From Deltaproteobacteria bacterium (lineage in GTDB: Bacteria > Desulfobacterota > Deferrisomatia > Deferrisomatales > BM512), in NCBI GenBank assembly GCA_030591565.1, contig JAUVAU010000001.1, forward strand, positions 174,677 through 238,676: 64,000 bases of DNA, read 5' to 3'. A program made the translations under genes and the position numbers. Under the pieces are notes generated by a model. It was not told where the DNA came from. It did no database searches and worked only from the letters and a program-made list of their open reading frames with translations. This document shows, one piece after another, positions 54,641 through 63,269 of the stretch (position 1 is the stretch's first letter; every line of letters begins with the position of its first letter).

Positions 54641-54714
54641 TTTTTGAAAGAAAGAGGGCCACGATCTCAGTGGCCCTCTTTGGTCTCCATCGGCGGCTTA
54701 GCCCACGAGCGAAA

Positions 54715-56931
54715 TCATTTGTCCTTCATCTCCCTTGAATGAGGTATAAGCACCCAGAAGGGTTCAGTCGTGGAGTTGCTGTAGTCATCAGTCGCTTCGA
54801 AGTAGATGGTGTAGATGCGCCCGGCTCCCTTGCCTTGTCTCTCCATTCTAAGGCCTACGGACTTTCCATCCTGCGCGATGAGGATGTCGTCGGTCGTGTT
54901 GCCGTCACCGCCGCTTTTGGTGTTATCGGATTCGTCACTGGTTGCTTGTACGATGGTCAGATCTTCCAAGTCCAGTGGGGTGCAGTTGTCTGTTACGGAT
55001 AAGATGAAGTCCCAAGCAGAAAACTGTCTGTATTTGTGATTTGTCGACCAGGCCATTAGTGGCTCGCTGGTTCCGATGATCACGGGAGGTTCGACATCTT
55101 CCACGGTCACCATGAACCGGGCGGTGCCTGTGTTGCCAACAAGGTCTGTGGCCGTGCAGGTTACGGCAGTTTCGCCGACAGGGAAAAGGTCGCCGGATTG
55201 GTGGGTGCATTCAATTTGTTCCACCCCGCAGTGATCGTATGCGATAGCCGTGAAGTAGACGCGCGCGCCGCATTGGCCCGGCTCGTTCTCAACAGTCAGC
55301 TCGCCTTCGACCTCGATGGAGGGCGGCACGATGTCGGGCACTACTGTGACTGAAGTTTGATCGGTGTCCAGCGAATAATCGTGCTTGTCCTCTCCAAAAT
55401 CGACGGTGAGGAGCACCTCGTGCGTGCCGGGGCCGAAAAATTGCTCAACCACTTCGCCTTCGGCTTCACCGCCCACACCCCAGGTCCACTCCCAGCTCTC
55501 GGCATAACGGGACGCGCTCCCGTCCAGGGTCACCTCCTGCCCTTCGGGTGGCGTGCACTCGTAAGTCGCGTCTTCGCCGGCATCGGCCAGCGCGTGGGTC
55601 TTCCACTCGGCGAGGTCGTGATGGGTGTTATACGCCCCGCCCAGCCTTATGCCTACCCACCAGCCCAGGCACCTGGCGACCTGACTTGGGTCATCGGAAA
55701 AACAGATCGAGTAGAAAGCGTTGTCGGCGACCCTTTGGTTTTGGAATCCGGCGCCGAATGAAGACAACAGCCTCGTATCCCTTGGGATTCTACCCATCCG
55801 CATCAGATCGTAAATTGCGTCGTGGACCATGGACGATCTCATAACCACGGTTTTATAGTCATGGGGCTTACTCATCTTGCCGGGCGGGGTCGGACCATCC
55901 CACCTGTACCCCTTTATCAACCTGAGCATTCCCTCCGGCTCCAGGAGATAGTATTTCTTCTCGCTTTCGCCATCAAGATCAATGGTTATGCCACCGGGTA
56001 GCAGCCCATCCAATATCCAGTCACGGATTTTTCGTTGCTTGCTCCTGCTATATGCGTAGATGGGAGAGATAAGAGCGCCACCAAACCTCGGATCAGGCAC
56101 AAACGGGAGCAACAAATTGGGGTTAACGTCGGGCACATAGGGAGTGGTGAGATCGAAGTCCATGTCTTCGGTTATCTGAAAGCAAAGCGGATAGGGCCCC
56201 TTCTTTCTGTCCTTGCCTTCCTTCCAACCGTTGGGGCACTCCTTCCAGAAGGAGCCGAAACTGCCGGGAGTAGCTTCCGGCTGGTAGGGCTCTACCCAGA
56301 CGTCGTAGTCGGCTACCTCCGGGCCCGTCTTAACAGTGACAGGCACCACATGCTCTTCCACCTCGAAAGAAACTCCGGCGCGCTCGGCTATGAGCTGGTT
56401 TAAACCGGAATTATCCTGATCCACAGTGAACGCCATGTCGCCCACCGTCACCTCTGGTTCCCAGGAGCCGGAGTAGAAGTTGGTGCCTGAGATGTAGATG
56501 TAGGAGGTGTCTATATCAGGGTCGTAGGCGAGGACCGCGACATCTATCGCCAAGCGGCCTGAAGTGAAATCCGGCTCGCCGTCACCCAAAACGAGCTTGA
56601 AGGTATCATATTCCCCGTAAGCGTCTCCCCTCTTGACCGTCAGGGAAAAGGTGCCTGAAGCCGTCGGCAGACCAGGAAATGAGACGTAAACCTCAGTGGG
56701 GTCCTGCTTCATGATGTAAAGCGAGCCCTCGTCGTAATAGACCTCAGTGACCGCATTGTCGAAGTTATACCCGTGGATGGTCAGGACTTGCATATTATGG
56801 TCTTCGGTGACTCCGCTTATCGCAAGTTGCGAAGTAAGCAGTCCTCCCGCGCTTGAGGAGGCCAACAAACCAAAGAAGAGCGCAAACAAAACGACCTGTA
56901 CCCTTTTCATCCTGGCTGTCTGAATAAGCAT
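54715..56931 (-). CDS. Large exported multidomain protein (Ig-like N-terminal modules, unknown central domain, PKD-like and HYR-like modules)
   Basis: 738 aa with a signal peptide (MKRVQVVLFALFFGLLASSSAGG). The central GYRWDGPT...SSMVHDAIYDLM segment is reminiscent of DUF1353. The C-terminal region has PKD-like (TLDGSAS...) and HYR-like (VEPPVI..., CGV...VTCTATDLVGN) patterns. Confidence 0.7.
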   Translation of the reverse strand: MLIQTARMKRVQVVLFALFFGLLASSSAGGLLTSQLAISGVTEDHNMQVLTIHGYNFDNAVTEVYYDEGSLYIMKQDPTEVYVSFPGLPTASGTFSLTVKRGDAYGEYDTFKLVLGDGEPDFTSGRLAIDVAVLAYDPDIDTSYIYISGTNFYSGSWEPEVTVGDMAFTVDQDNSGLNQLIAERAGVSFEVEEHVVPVTVKTGPEVADYDVWVEPYQPEATPGSFGSFWKECPNGWKEGKDRKKGPYPLCFQITEDMDFDLTTPYVPDVNPNLLLPFVPDPRFGGALISPIYAYSRSKQRKIRDWILDGLLPGGITIDLDGESEKKYYLLEPEGMLRLIKGYRWDGPTPPGKMSKPHDYKTVVMRSSMVHDAIYDLMRMGRIPRDTRLLSSFGAGFQNQRVADNAFYSICFSDDPSQVARCLGWWVGIRLGGAYNTHHDLAEWKTHALADAGEDATYECTPPEGQEVTLDGSASRYAESWEWTWGVGGEAEGEVVEQFFGPGTHEVLLTVDFGEDKHDYSLDTDQTSVTVVPDIVPPSIEVEGELTVENEPGQCGARVYFTAIAYDHCGVEQIECTHQSGDLFPVGETAVTCTATDLVGNTGTARFMVTVEDVEPPVIIGTSEPLMAWSTNHKYRQFSAWDFILSVTDNCTPLDLEDLTIVQATSDESDNTKSGGDGNTTDDILIAQDGKSVGLRMERQGKGAGRIYTIYFEATDDYSNSTTEPFWVLIPHSREMKDK

Positions 56932-57160
56932 CGCAATACCTCGCTACGGAACAACCCAATCCAATTTGGAAAATTGCATGATATCTGAGAGATGAACATA
57001 GCCCGTAAAAAATGAAAAACAACAGAGGGCGGCAAAATTGTTGGGGTCGATTATATGTGAGGTGCAATGAACGTAAGTTCACAGGCTGGAATGAATAATT
57101 TTTTAGTCGGCCATTTAAAGAATGGAGGGCTCGCGATCATCAGGATGACCGGGGGAAAGA

Positions 57161-57225
57161 TTCCAAAAACGTTCCTAATTTTGAACGATCATCCCCCATG
57201 TGGCGGGATTTTGCAAAAACGACCG
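57161..57225 (-). promoter_or_regulatory. Conserved promoter-like module, copy B
   Basis: Minus strand: TTGCAA (57216-57211), 17 nt, GATGAT (57193-57188). The spacer holds hairpin ATCCC-N9-GGGAT (57191-57209). Confidence 0.5.
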
Positions 57226-57270
57226 ATTTTCTTACGCAATTTTTTGTGTTGTGCCATTCAGGTTCCAGCC

Positions 57271-57708
57271 TCATTTTTTTATCAAGGCGATGCTTCTGCG
57301 CCAGCCGCTATCCTTGTTTCGCGAAATGATATGCAAAGCGCTTCCTATTTTATCAAGTTTGGCCTCCCCCTCGAACCATCCAAGCGAAAAGACTGTAGGA
57401 TCCACCACAAAACTTACGAAAACTTCAGACAAAGCCCCTTCTTTTGCGACACCTTTGAAAATATTATCGCCCTTGGAGAAAAATTTTCCGTTATTGTTTA
57501 CGGCCCCAACAACCTCCTTACCGTTTTGTGTAATAGTTATAACATCCCTCTCGACGGTCATTGAGTCTGGGTCGTTCCCGTGTCTAGTAATTACGGCATC
57601 CCACTTTCCACTCAGATCATAGGATTCAGCAGCGTAGATGTTAGTCGCAGCAATTAGGCAAATCACCGCAGAAGCAAGAACTACGAGCCTTGTTGATGTT
57701 GAGCACAT
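57271..57708 (-). CDS. Small secreted protein of unknown function
   Basis: The start was taken at the ATG preceded by GAGGAGG. It has signal peptide MCSTSTRLVVLASAVICLIAATNIYA. Confidence 0.6.
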   Translation of the reverse strand: MCSTSTRLVVLASAVICLIAATNIYAAESYDLSGKWDAVITRHGNDPDSMTVERDVITITQNGKEVVGAVNNNGKFFSKGDNIFKGVAKEGALSEVFVSFVVDPTVFSLGWFEGEAKLDKIGSALHIISRNKDSGWRRSIALIKK

Positions 57709-57880
57709 AGCATCCTCCTCGTCACAAGGGATTTTGTCAGTATGCTCGGATGGTGACTTTGCCATGTGGGCACCATCATCGAGTTCACTGATTTTAGAAC
57801 GAGAGTAAAACCAGCCCTCGTAGCAAAGCTAGTCTTCGTGTAGAAACTTTCAAGGGTATATTGCAAGAAATAATTACGGT

Positions 57881-57943
57881 TTCAAAAACGTTCGTTTACG
57901 CAACGATCATCCCCCAAGTGGCGGGGGTCTGCAAATACGACCT
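57881..57943 (-). promoter_or_regulatory. Conserved promoter-like module, copy C
   Basis: Minus strand: TTGCAG (57934-57929), 17 nt, GATGAT (57911-57906). The spacer holds hairpin CCCCC-N7-GGGGG. Confidence 0.45.
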
Positions 57944-57992
57944 TCTTTTCATTCAAAGTGCATCAATCGAAATTTCGTATATCTGAGGGCAG

Positions 57993-58601
57993 CTAGCTCC
58001 CGCTACAAGAGCAAAGCCTTTCAAGAAATAAATCCCTGATATCCCTGTACTCATCCATTGATTCAAAGACTCTCTGTTCTTCCCCTTGGTTTAAAATATA
58101 GGCTGTGAGGATTACTTTTTTTGTATCTGAAAAAAGAGTGTACACACCAATTGATCCTCCGGAATCAAGTTCTTCTTTTTCTTCAACATAAACATCAAAA
58201 TCGCCAATTTTTTGAAAATATCCAGCAAGGCCATTAGAATTTATTTGCTGGATTAACATTCGCTTGTCGTCTAAGTATTTTTCAGCCTCAGAACGCTCAA
58301 TTTTTAGATTTGCAAAATAATAATCTCTTCCTGCAAAGGCAAGCATAACTCTGAATCCCTCAACTACGGATATCTCAAATTCTTGGTTGTTTATCTTGAT
58401 GTGGCGAAAAGGTTCTGCGCAAACACGTTCGTCTACACGTACAACTTGGAGTTCTTCCCCAAAGGTACAACTCAGAAATGGTTTGAGTACTTCAGACGCT
58501 GAGATGCTTGCTGATTTCTCATCAAGAAATTGTGATAGCAACCAAAATAACAGAGAGAAGGAGAGAACAATTACACATATGCTCCGCCTACGCATCTTCA
58601 T
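57993..58601 (-). CDS. AT-rich gene for a membrane-anchored or secreted protein of unknown function
   Basis: It has an N-terminal MKMRRRSICVIVLSFSLLFWLLSQF. A hand count of the line 58141-58200 gives 20 G+C out of 60. Confidence 0.55.
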   Translation of the reverse strand: MKMRRRSICVIVLSFSLLFWLLSQFLDEKSASISASEVLKPFLSCTFGEELQVVRVDERVCAEPFRHIKINNQEFEISVVEGFRVMLAFAGRDYYFANLKIERSEAEKYLDDKRMLIQQINSNGLAGYFQKIGDFDVYVEEKEELDSGGSIGVYTLFSDTKKVILTAYILNQGEEQRVFESMDEYRDIRDLFLERLCSCSGS

Positions 58602-58667
58602 GCATTCATACCCCCACAAAAGGTAATTTGTCAGCGGGTATTCGGATTCCCCCGCTTTTAAAAAGAA

Positions 58668-58727
58668 CTAAAACGTTTGTATTTTGAACGATTCTCCCTC
58701 ATGTGGCGGGATTTTGCAAAAAGGACC
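58668..58727 (-). promoter_or_regulatory. Conserved promoter-like module, copy D
   Basis: Minus strand: TTGCAA (58719-58714), 17 nt, GAGAAT (58696-58691). The spacer holds hairpin TCCC-N9-GGGA. Confidence 0.5.
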
Positions 58728-58920
58728 TTTTTTGCATTGGCAGGTCATTGCCGCTTATCCAACTGAGCCACAGGTTAGGCTTGGGTACTGGGTATAGAAG
58801 GGGTAGCATAAAAGAGGCAGCCTCCACATGGGGGTTGCCTCGCTAATTTTTCAGGTAGTCGCCAAAGGCGCAATGCTGCCATACTTGGTGCCCGACGAAC
58901 AGCCAGACGGAGAATGACAA

Positions 58921-59928
58921 TTGACCCAGCCCACCCCCCACCCCTACGACGCCCTGACCCCCGAATGCATCCTCGACGCCGTTGAATCGCTGGGCCACCG
59001 GTGCGACGGCAGGCTGCTGGGACTCAATAGCTACGAGAACCGTGTCTACGAGATCGGGCTAGACGAAGAGCCGCCGGTCATCGCAAAGTTCTACCGTCCC
59101 GGGAGGTGGAACGACGATGAGATACTGGAGGAGCACAGCTTCACCCTTGAGCTGGCCGAGGCGGAGGTGCCCGTAGTAGCGCCTGATAGCGACGAGGGCG
59201 GGCGCACCCTCCACGTCTACCAGGACTTTCGTTTCGCCCTTTTTCGTAAGCAGGGCGGGCGCACCCCCGAGCTTGAGGACATGAAAACGCTTGAGTGGAT
59301 GGGGCGGTTCATGGGGCGTATCCACGCAGTAGGGCGCACTGCTCCCTTTGCACACCGCGCCGCGCTAAACCCTATAACATATGGCGACGAGGTCTTCGCC
59401 TACCTGCTGGAACACAAGCTCATCCCCCTCCACCTGGAGTCAACCTACGCCTCCATAGTCGAAGAGCTCTTGCGTCGCATCAAAATCTGCTACGAGCGCG
59501 GCGGGCGCGCCACTGGAGTAGATCCAGCCGACATCAGGCTGCACGGCGATTGTCACCCCGGCAACATCCTCTGGACGCCCGACGGCCCTTGGTTCGTCGA
59601 CTTCGACGACTGCCGCACCGGCCCCGCCGTACAGGATTTATGGATGCTCTTGTCAGGCGAGCGGCGCGACATGGAGTTGCAACTGGGGGCAATTCTGGAA
59701 GGGTACGGGATGTTCTGTGACTTCGACGCCACCGAGCTGCACCTGATCGAAGCGTTGCGGGCGCTGAGGATGATCAACTACACCGGCTGGCTCGCCAAAC
59801 GCCGCGACGACCCCGCCTTTGCCGCCTGTTTCCCCTGGTTCACCACCGAGCGTTACTGGGAAGAGCAAATATTGGCGTTGAGGGAACAAGCGGCGCAGCT
59901 CGACGAGCCGCCTCTGGAACCAAAGTAG
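58921..59928 (+). CDS. srkA: Stress-response serine/threonine kinase SrkA (YihE/RdoA family)
   Basis: 335 aa with a TTG start. It has an aminoglycoside-phosphotransferase-like fold pattern (LNSYENRVY..., HGDCHPGNILW, FVDFDD). Confidence 0.8.
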   Translation: MTQPTPHPYDALTPECILDAVESLGHRCDGRLLGLNSYENRVYEIGLDEEPPVIAKFYRPGRWNDDEILEEHSFTLELAEAEVPVVAPDSDEGGRTLHVYQDFRFALFRKQGGRTPELEDMKTLEWMGRFMGRIHAVGRTAPFAHRAALNPITYGDEVFAYLLEHKLIPLHLESTYASIVEELLRRIKICYERGGRATGVDPADIRLHGDCHPGNILWTPDGPWFVDFDDCRTGPAVQDLWMLLSGERRDMELQLGAILEGYGMFCDFDATELHLIEALRALRMINYTGWLAKRRDDPAFAACFPWFTTERYWEEQILALREQAAQLDEPPLEPK

Positions 59929-59953
59929 AAGGTTTTAACAGAGCGAGTCCAGC

Positions 59954-60000
59954 TTTAAAAACGATCGTTTTTTCACTGCTACTTTGGAGCATAAAAAGCC
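59954..60000 (-). repeat. Partial copy (F) of the distal flank of the promoter-like module
   Basis: TTTAAAAACGATCGTTTTTTCACTGCTACTTTGGAGCATAAAAAGCC parallels 61046-61097 next to copy E. It lacks the -35/-10 core. Confidence 0.5.
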
Positions 60001-60081
60001 CCATTTGTCTCGACGACGTACAAACATCCTGACCACATAGCATGAAAAACCAGAGATTCTTGTTTGTAATTGAACTACCTG

Positions 60082-60927
60082 CTAGGGCGCAACCAAAGTC
60101 AAATCGAATGTTCCCGATTCACCGCAGCCGTGAGGGGCAAGGACCAGGTAATACGTGTTGGCCTCAAGATCTGGAAATTGAAACGACCTATCAGCGGATG
60201 GAGGCGACCCACCGCCAGAGCCACCGGAAGGCATCCACCGTTCGCCATAATATAGGTTATAACTCAAGCCTGTGAGTGTACCCGTGAAGTTCTGGAACAG
60301 GGTCTCGACACTTGTGGTTTCATCAAGTGTGAACGTGAAAAAGTCCAAATCACCTTCGTCCAGGGCAACAGATACCGGCGTGTCGAAAGTGATCGGAATC
60401 GCCTCGCCGATAACGTCGTTGGGGGTATCAACTGCCCCTATCCTGGTTCCTGTAACCACCTGCCGCCAGGTCGCCCCGTCACAATCCCTTTCGGTCTCAT
60501 AGGCAAAGGTGGCTCCCTGGCTTCCGAAGACATACTCCTCAAATTCAGTGCACACGACTCCGGGAGAATCTTCCCAGGACATCTCATACCGCACACTGTT
60601 TGAAGTATAGACAAGACTCGAATCCAAAAAGCCGGGCCTAACGGTGTCGTCATCCATGTCCGAAAAAAAATAGGTCCAGATATTGTACATTTCCAAGAAG
60701 TAGTCACAACGGGAACCGGAATAGGTAAGTTCTCCGTTGGTATAGGACTCGGTCTCAGTTTGGTAAAAACCGATCATCCGCGTGAACAGGTCAGTCTCGG
60801 TGAGAAGTACGTCAGCTACTATATCTGTGCTGGTTTCATCTTTGCTGCTTCCACCTCCGCAGGAGGCGAGCAAAAGCAATAGGGCTAGAGAGGTAACTAT
60901 CATGGCAAAAATTCTTTTAAAGTCCAT
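60082..60927 (-). CDS. Lipoprotein with a C-terminal pre-peptidase (PPC)-like beta domain
   Basis: The start was taken at the ATG preceded by AAGGGAGA. It has signal peptide plus lipobox LLASCGG. The C-terminus ...GDLDFFTFTL...YYLVLAP...GTFDLTL fits a PPC-like domain. The ORF-track start at 61032 would run into module E. Confidence 0.6.
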   Translation of the reverse strand: MDFKRIFAMIVTSLALLLLLASCGGGSSKDETSTDIVADVLLTETDLFTRMIGFYQTETESYTNGELTYSGSRCDYFLEMYNIWTYFFSDMDDDTVRPGFLDSSLVYTSNSVRYEMSWEDSPGVVCTEFEEYVFGSQGATFAYETERDCDGATWRQVVTGTRIGAVDTPNDVIGEAIPITFDTPVSVALDEGDLDFFTFTLDETTSVETLFQNFTGTLTGLSYNLYYGERWMPSGGSGGGSPPSADRSFQFPDLEANTYYLVLAPHGCGESGTFDLTLVAP

Positions 60928-60995
60928 CTCAATATCTCCCTTTTGTACGGCGGATGAAGCAGATATTGTTGATTGTAGTTGAAGATTTTGAAATG

Positions 60996-61059
60996 TCCAA
61001 AAAAGTTTCCTTACGGAACGATATTCTCCCATGAGTGGCCTGGAATTTCAAAAACGACC
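60996..61059 (-). promoter_or_regulatory. Conserved promoter-like module, copy E (most diverged)
   Basis: Minus strand: TTGAAA (61051-61046), 17 nt, GAGAAT (61028-61023). Confidence 0.45.
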
Positions 61060-61088
61060 ATATTTTCAACACCTACTTTGGAGTGTTG

Positions 61089-61110
61089 AAAAAAGCTTAG
61101 GAGCTTTTTG
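61089..61110 (-). terminator. Weak A/T-rich hairpin terminator after tonB
   Basis: AAAAAGCT-tagg-AGCTTTTT lies between tonB and module E. Confidence 0.3.
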
Positions 61111-61212
61111 TAACAGGATGTTAGGTCGATTGGTCTGTCAATAGTCCAATATTTGGCTCAGTTTAACCTTCCGGTGTGGATGCTAAAGGCGCCCCAGCAG
61201 CATAAAACACAA

Positions 61213-62013
61213 TCAGCCGCTAACAAGCCTGAAGCGGACGGGGACTCGGACCTCTGCTTGCAGACAGACACCCTCCCTGCTGGCTGGGTGAAAGCGCCAT
61301 TTGCGAACGGACTGAAGCGCCGCCCGATCCAACACCTGATGGCCCGAGGAGCTTTCCACTTCGACGTTCAGAACTTTCCCCAAGTCGGAGACGAGCACCA
61401 GGAGAACTACGTCGCCCTCCAACCCCCTCTTTCTCGCCATGCGTGGGTAAGGTGGCGGAGGGTTTTTAGCATAAGCGGGGGCAGCCGCCACAAAGGAGCT
61501 GTCGGCCTTGCCGGTTGCGCTGACGCTGTCGCCCACAAGAGGGCCTGCGTACCCATCTCCGACAGCAATCACCGTGGTGGCTGCTTGACCGGCGGGAGAT
61601 ACAACTACATGTTCCTTTATCTTTGAACGCGGTGCCGCCCTCTCGACCTCGGCAGGCAGGAGTTGTGGCGCGGCCCCCTCAACCGACTTGGGGACCTCTT
61701 CCGCCTCAGCCGGGAGGAGCGGCTCTGGTTTTTTCAATATCTGTTCGAGGGAAGGCGGCTCAGGAGTTGGCGCAAGTTTTTGTTTAACCGGTGAAGGTTC
61801 GACAGGGTTGCTTTTAGGCGCTGTTGTCATCTTCCTCGTAGCGGGTTTGCTCTCTTCACTTTTCACGGCAACAGGGGAGGGCGATGACAATTGGATGAAG
61901 CTTATCTCTACCGGGGTTACGGGTGTCAACTTTGGTGGCGGCCACATAACCAGGAGCGCCGCATGCGCCCCAAAGGAGAGCAGTAAACAGGTAAGCAGGT
62001 ACCTGTTTGTCAT
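61213..62013 (-). CDS. tonB: TonB-family energy transducer
   Basis: The start was taken at MTNRYLL, whose ATG overlaps the upstream stop (ATGA). It has a TM anchor, a Pro/Glu/Lys-rich linker and a TonB C-terminal domain (YPRMARKRGLEGDVVLLVLV...). Confidence 0.8.
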   Translation of the reverse strand: MTNRYLLTCLLLSFGAHAALLVMWPPPKLTPVTPVEISFIQLSSPSPVAVKSEESKPATRKMTTAPKSNPVEPSPVKQKLAPTPEPPSLEQILKKPEPLLPAEAEEVPKSVEGAAPQLLPAEVERAAPRSKIKEHVVVSPAGQAATTVIAVGDGYAGPLVGDSVSATGKADSSFVAAAPAYAKNPPPPYPRMARKRGLEGDVVLLVLVSDLGKVLNVEVESSSGHQVLDRAALQSVRKWRFHPASREGVCLQAEVRVPVRFRLVSG

Positions 62014-63269
62014 TCTGCCTTCCCTTTCTGCACATGGGAGGCCAGTTCGTCCAGAAGCATGCGGGTATCGGTGAACGTAGCTTTGCCCTCTGTGCCCAGT
62101 CTTTGAAGCTCTGCCCATGCCCGACCCTCGACAAAATCGCGCCCGGGCTCGGCGTCAACCAGATAAACAGGGACGCCCCTGTCAGCCACCTCACACACCA
62201 GATCGAGACAATTGAGGTTGCCAGGTCCCCAGGCGGTCGGGCCGACGACAATTATCCCCGCGTTAAGACACAGCTCTCGAGCCCTTTTCAGGGTGTCTTC
62301 GGAGATGGGACAGAAGGGTTCTTCCAATACCGCTTCGACCTCAAGCGCCTGTGAGACTTCGGCGTCGGAATCCCCACGGTTAAGTGGGCCTGCGGTGAGC
62401 GCAAATCCGAAGAGGTGAAGCTTCCTCAAAAGCTCCCCGCCACTGCCTCCACCGCAAAATACATGTACCGTGGGAAGCTCCCCCTCGCGCTTTCGATGTA
62501 TGGACACAGGCCTCACGCGGGGTGCGCCGGAGTAAGGGTCGGCCTCCACGCGGACATCGACTCCAAACACCTCCTGAATGTTGGCGGTCGTGAGCACCTC
62601 GGCGGGGCTACCTGTCGCGAGTATTTCACCGCCGCGTGTCATCAACACGATTCGGTGAGAGATCTCGGCCGCGAGGTCGAAATCATGGGATACCTGCACT
62701 ACCGTCAACCCATGCTCGCGGTTTAGGCGCTCCAGCAAAACCGCCGTCTCCATGCGATGATCAAGGTCGAGGTGACTGGTGGCCTCGTCGAGCATCAACA
62801 CCTTTGTGCCCTGCGCCAGCGCACGAGCCAGGAGCACCCGCTGGTGTTCCCCGCCACTCAACCCCTCCACGGAGCGCTCAGCCAGATGCAGCGTATCGGT
62901 CAGCGCCAGGGCATGTTCCACCTCTTGCCGGTGGGAACGCGCACCCTTCAACATCGAGCGCCGGGCGTGAAGCCCCATCGTGACAACCTCGCGAACGGTA
63001 AAACTAAATGCAACCTGCGAAAACTGCGGCACCACTGCAGTCAGCTGCGCCATCTTTCGTCTGGGAATCCGGTGCGCGCTCACGCCATCCCAACTGACTC
63101 GCCCACTCGTCGGAGTCAGTAGCCCTCGCAGCAAGCGAAGAAGGGTCGACTTTCCACAACCGTTTGGCCCCAAAATAGTCAGGATCTCCCCCGGCTCGAC
63201 CTCCAGATCAACACCCGTGAGCACGGAAGAGGTTCCGTAGGCGAAGTGAAGCTCCTCGGTCCTGATCAT
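62010..63269 (-). CDS. Iron-siderophore/cobalamin-type ABC ATP-binding protein fused to an extra ~160-aa C-terminal domain
   Basis: 419 aa with Walker A GPNGCGKST, the signature LSGGEHQR and Walker B LMLDEAT within the first ~250 aa. A further domain follows (VHVFCGGGSGG...IIVVGPTAWGPGN...VYLVDAEPG). Confidence 0.8.
   Translation of the reverse strand: MIRTEELHFAYGTSSVLTGVDLEVEPGEILTILGPNGCGKSTLLRLLRGLLTPTSGRVSWDGVSAHRIPRRKMAQLTAVVPQFSQVAFSFTVREVVTMGLHARRSMLKGARSHRQEVEHALALTDTLHLAERSVEGLSGGEHQRVLLARALAQGTKVLMLDEATSHLDLDHRMETAVLLERLNREHGLTVVQVSHDFDLAAEISHRIVLMTRGGEILATGSPAEVLTTANIQEVFGVDVRVEADPYSGAPRVRPVSIHRKREGELPTVHVFCGGGSGGELLRKLHLFGFALTAGPLNRGDSDAEVSQALEVEAVLEEPFCPISEDTLKRARELCLNAGIIVVGPTAWGPGNLNCLDLVCEVADRGVPVYLVDAEPGRDFVEGRAWAELQRLGTEGKATFTDTRMLLDELASHVQKGKAE

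Noticed and set aside
57198-57216. Sigma-54 promoter reading of the conserved module on the + strand (TGGCGGGATTTTGCA resembles TGGCAC-N5-TTGCA).
   Set aside because: In copies A-D (TGGCGAGATTTTGCA in A) the GG and GC dinucleotides are separated by 9 nt, not the required 10, and copy E lacks the TTGC element altogether. The element would also fire away from the adjacent genes into antisense sequence. The minus-strand sigma70-like reading, with an exact 17-nt spacer in 5 of 5 copies, fits better.
57067-57622. Plus-strand ORFs 57067..57564 and 57200..57622. Their translations contain peptides such as HPPCGGILQKRP that recur near the other repeat copies.
   Set aside because: The recurring peptide is simply the translated promoter-like module. 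These ORFs run antisense to a minus-strand gene that has a strong Shine-Dalgarno sequence and a signal peptide.
58735-58775. tRNA-like fragment on the minus strand (GGCTCAGTTGGATAAGCG resembles a tRNA D-arm) next to module D.
   Set aside because: Only about 16 nt resemble a D-arm. No acceptor, anticodon or T-arm can be folded from the flanking sequence. This is probably chance similarity.
54581-61059. Integron-like cassette array or CALIN, with the conserved repeats acting as attC sites between co-oriented ORFs of heterogeneous composition.
   Set aside because: By eye I find no RYYYAAC / GTTRRRY core sites at the repeat ends and no intI-like gene in the window. Core-looking genes (srkA, tonB) are interspersed. 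This is kept only as an alternative to be excluded with the attC covariance model.
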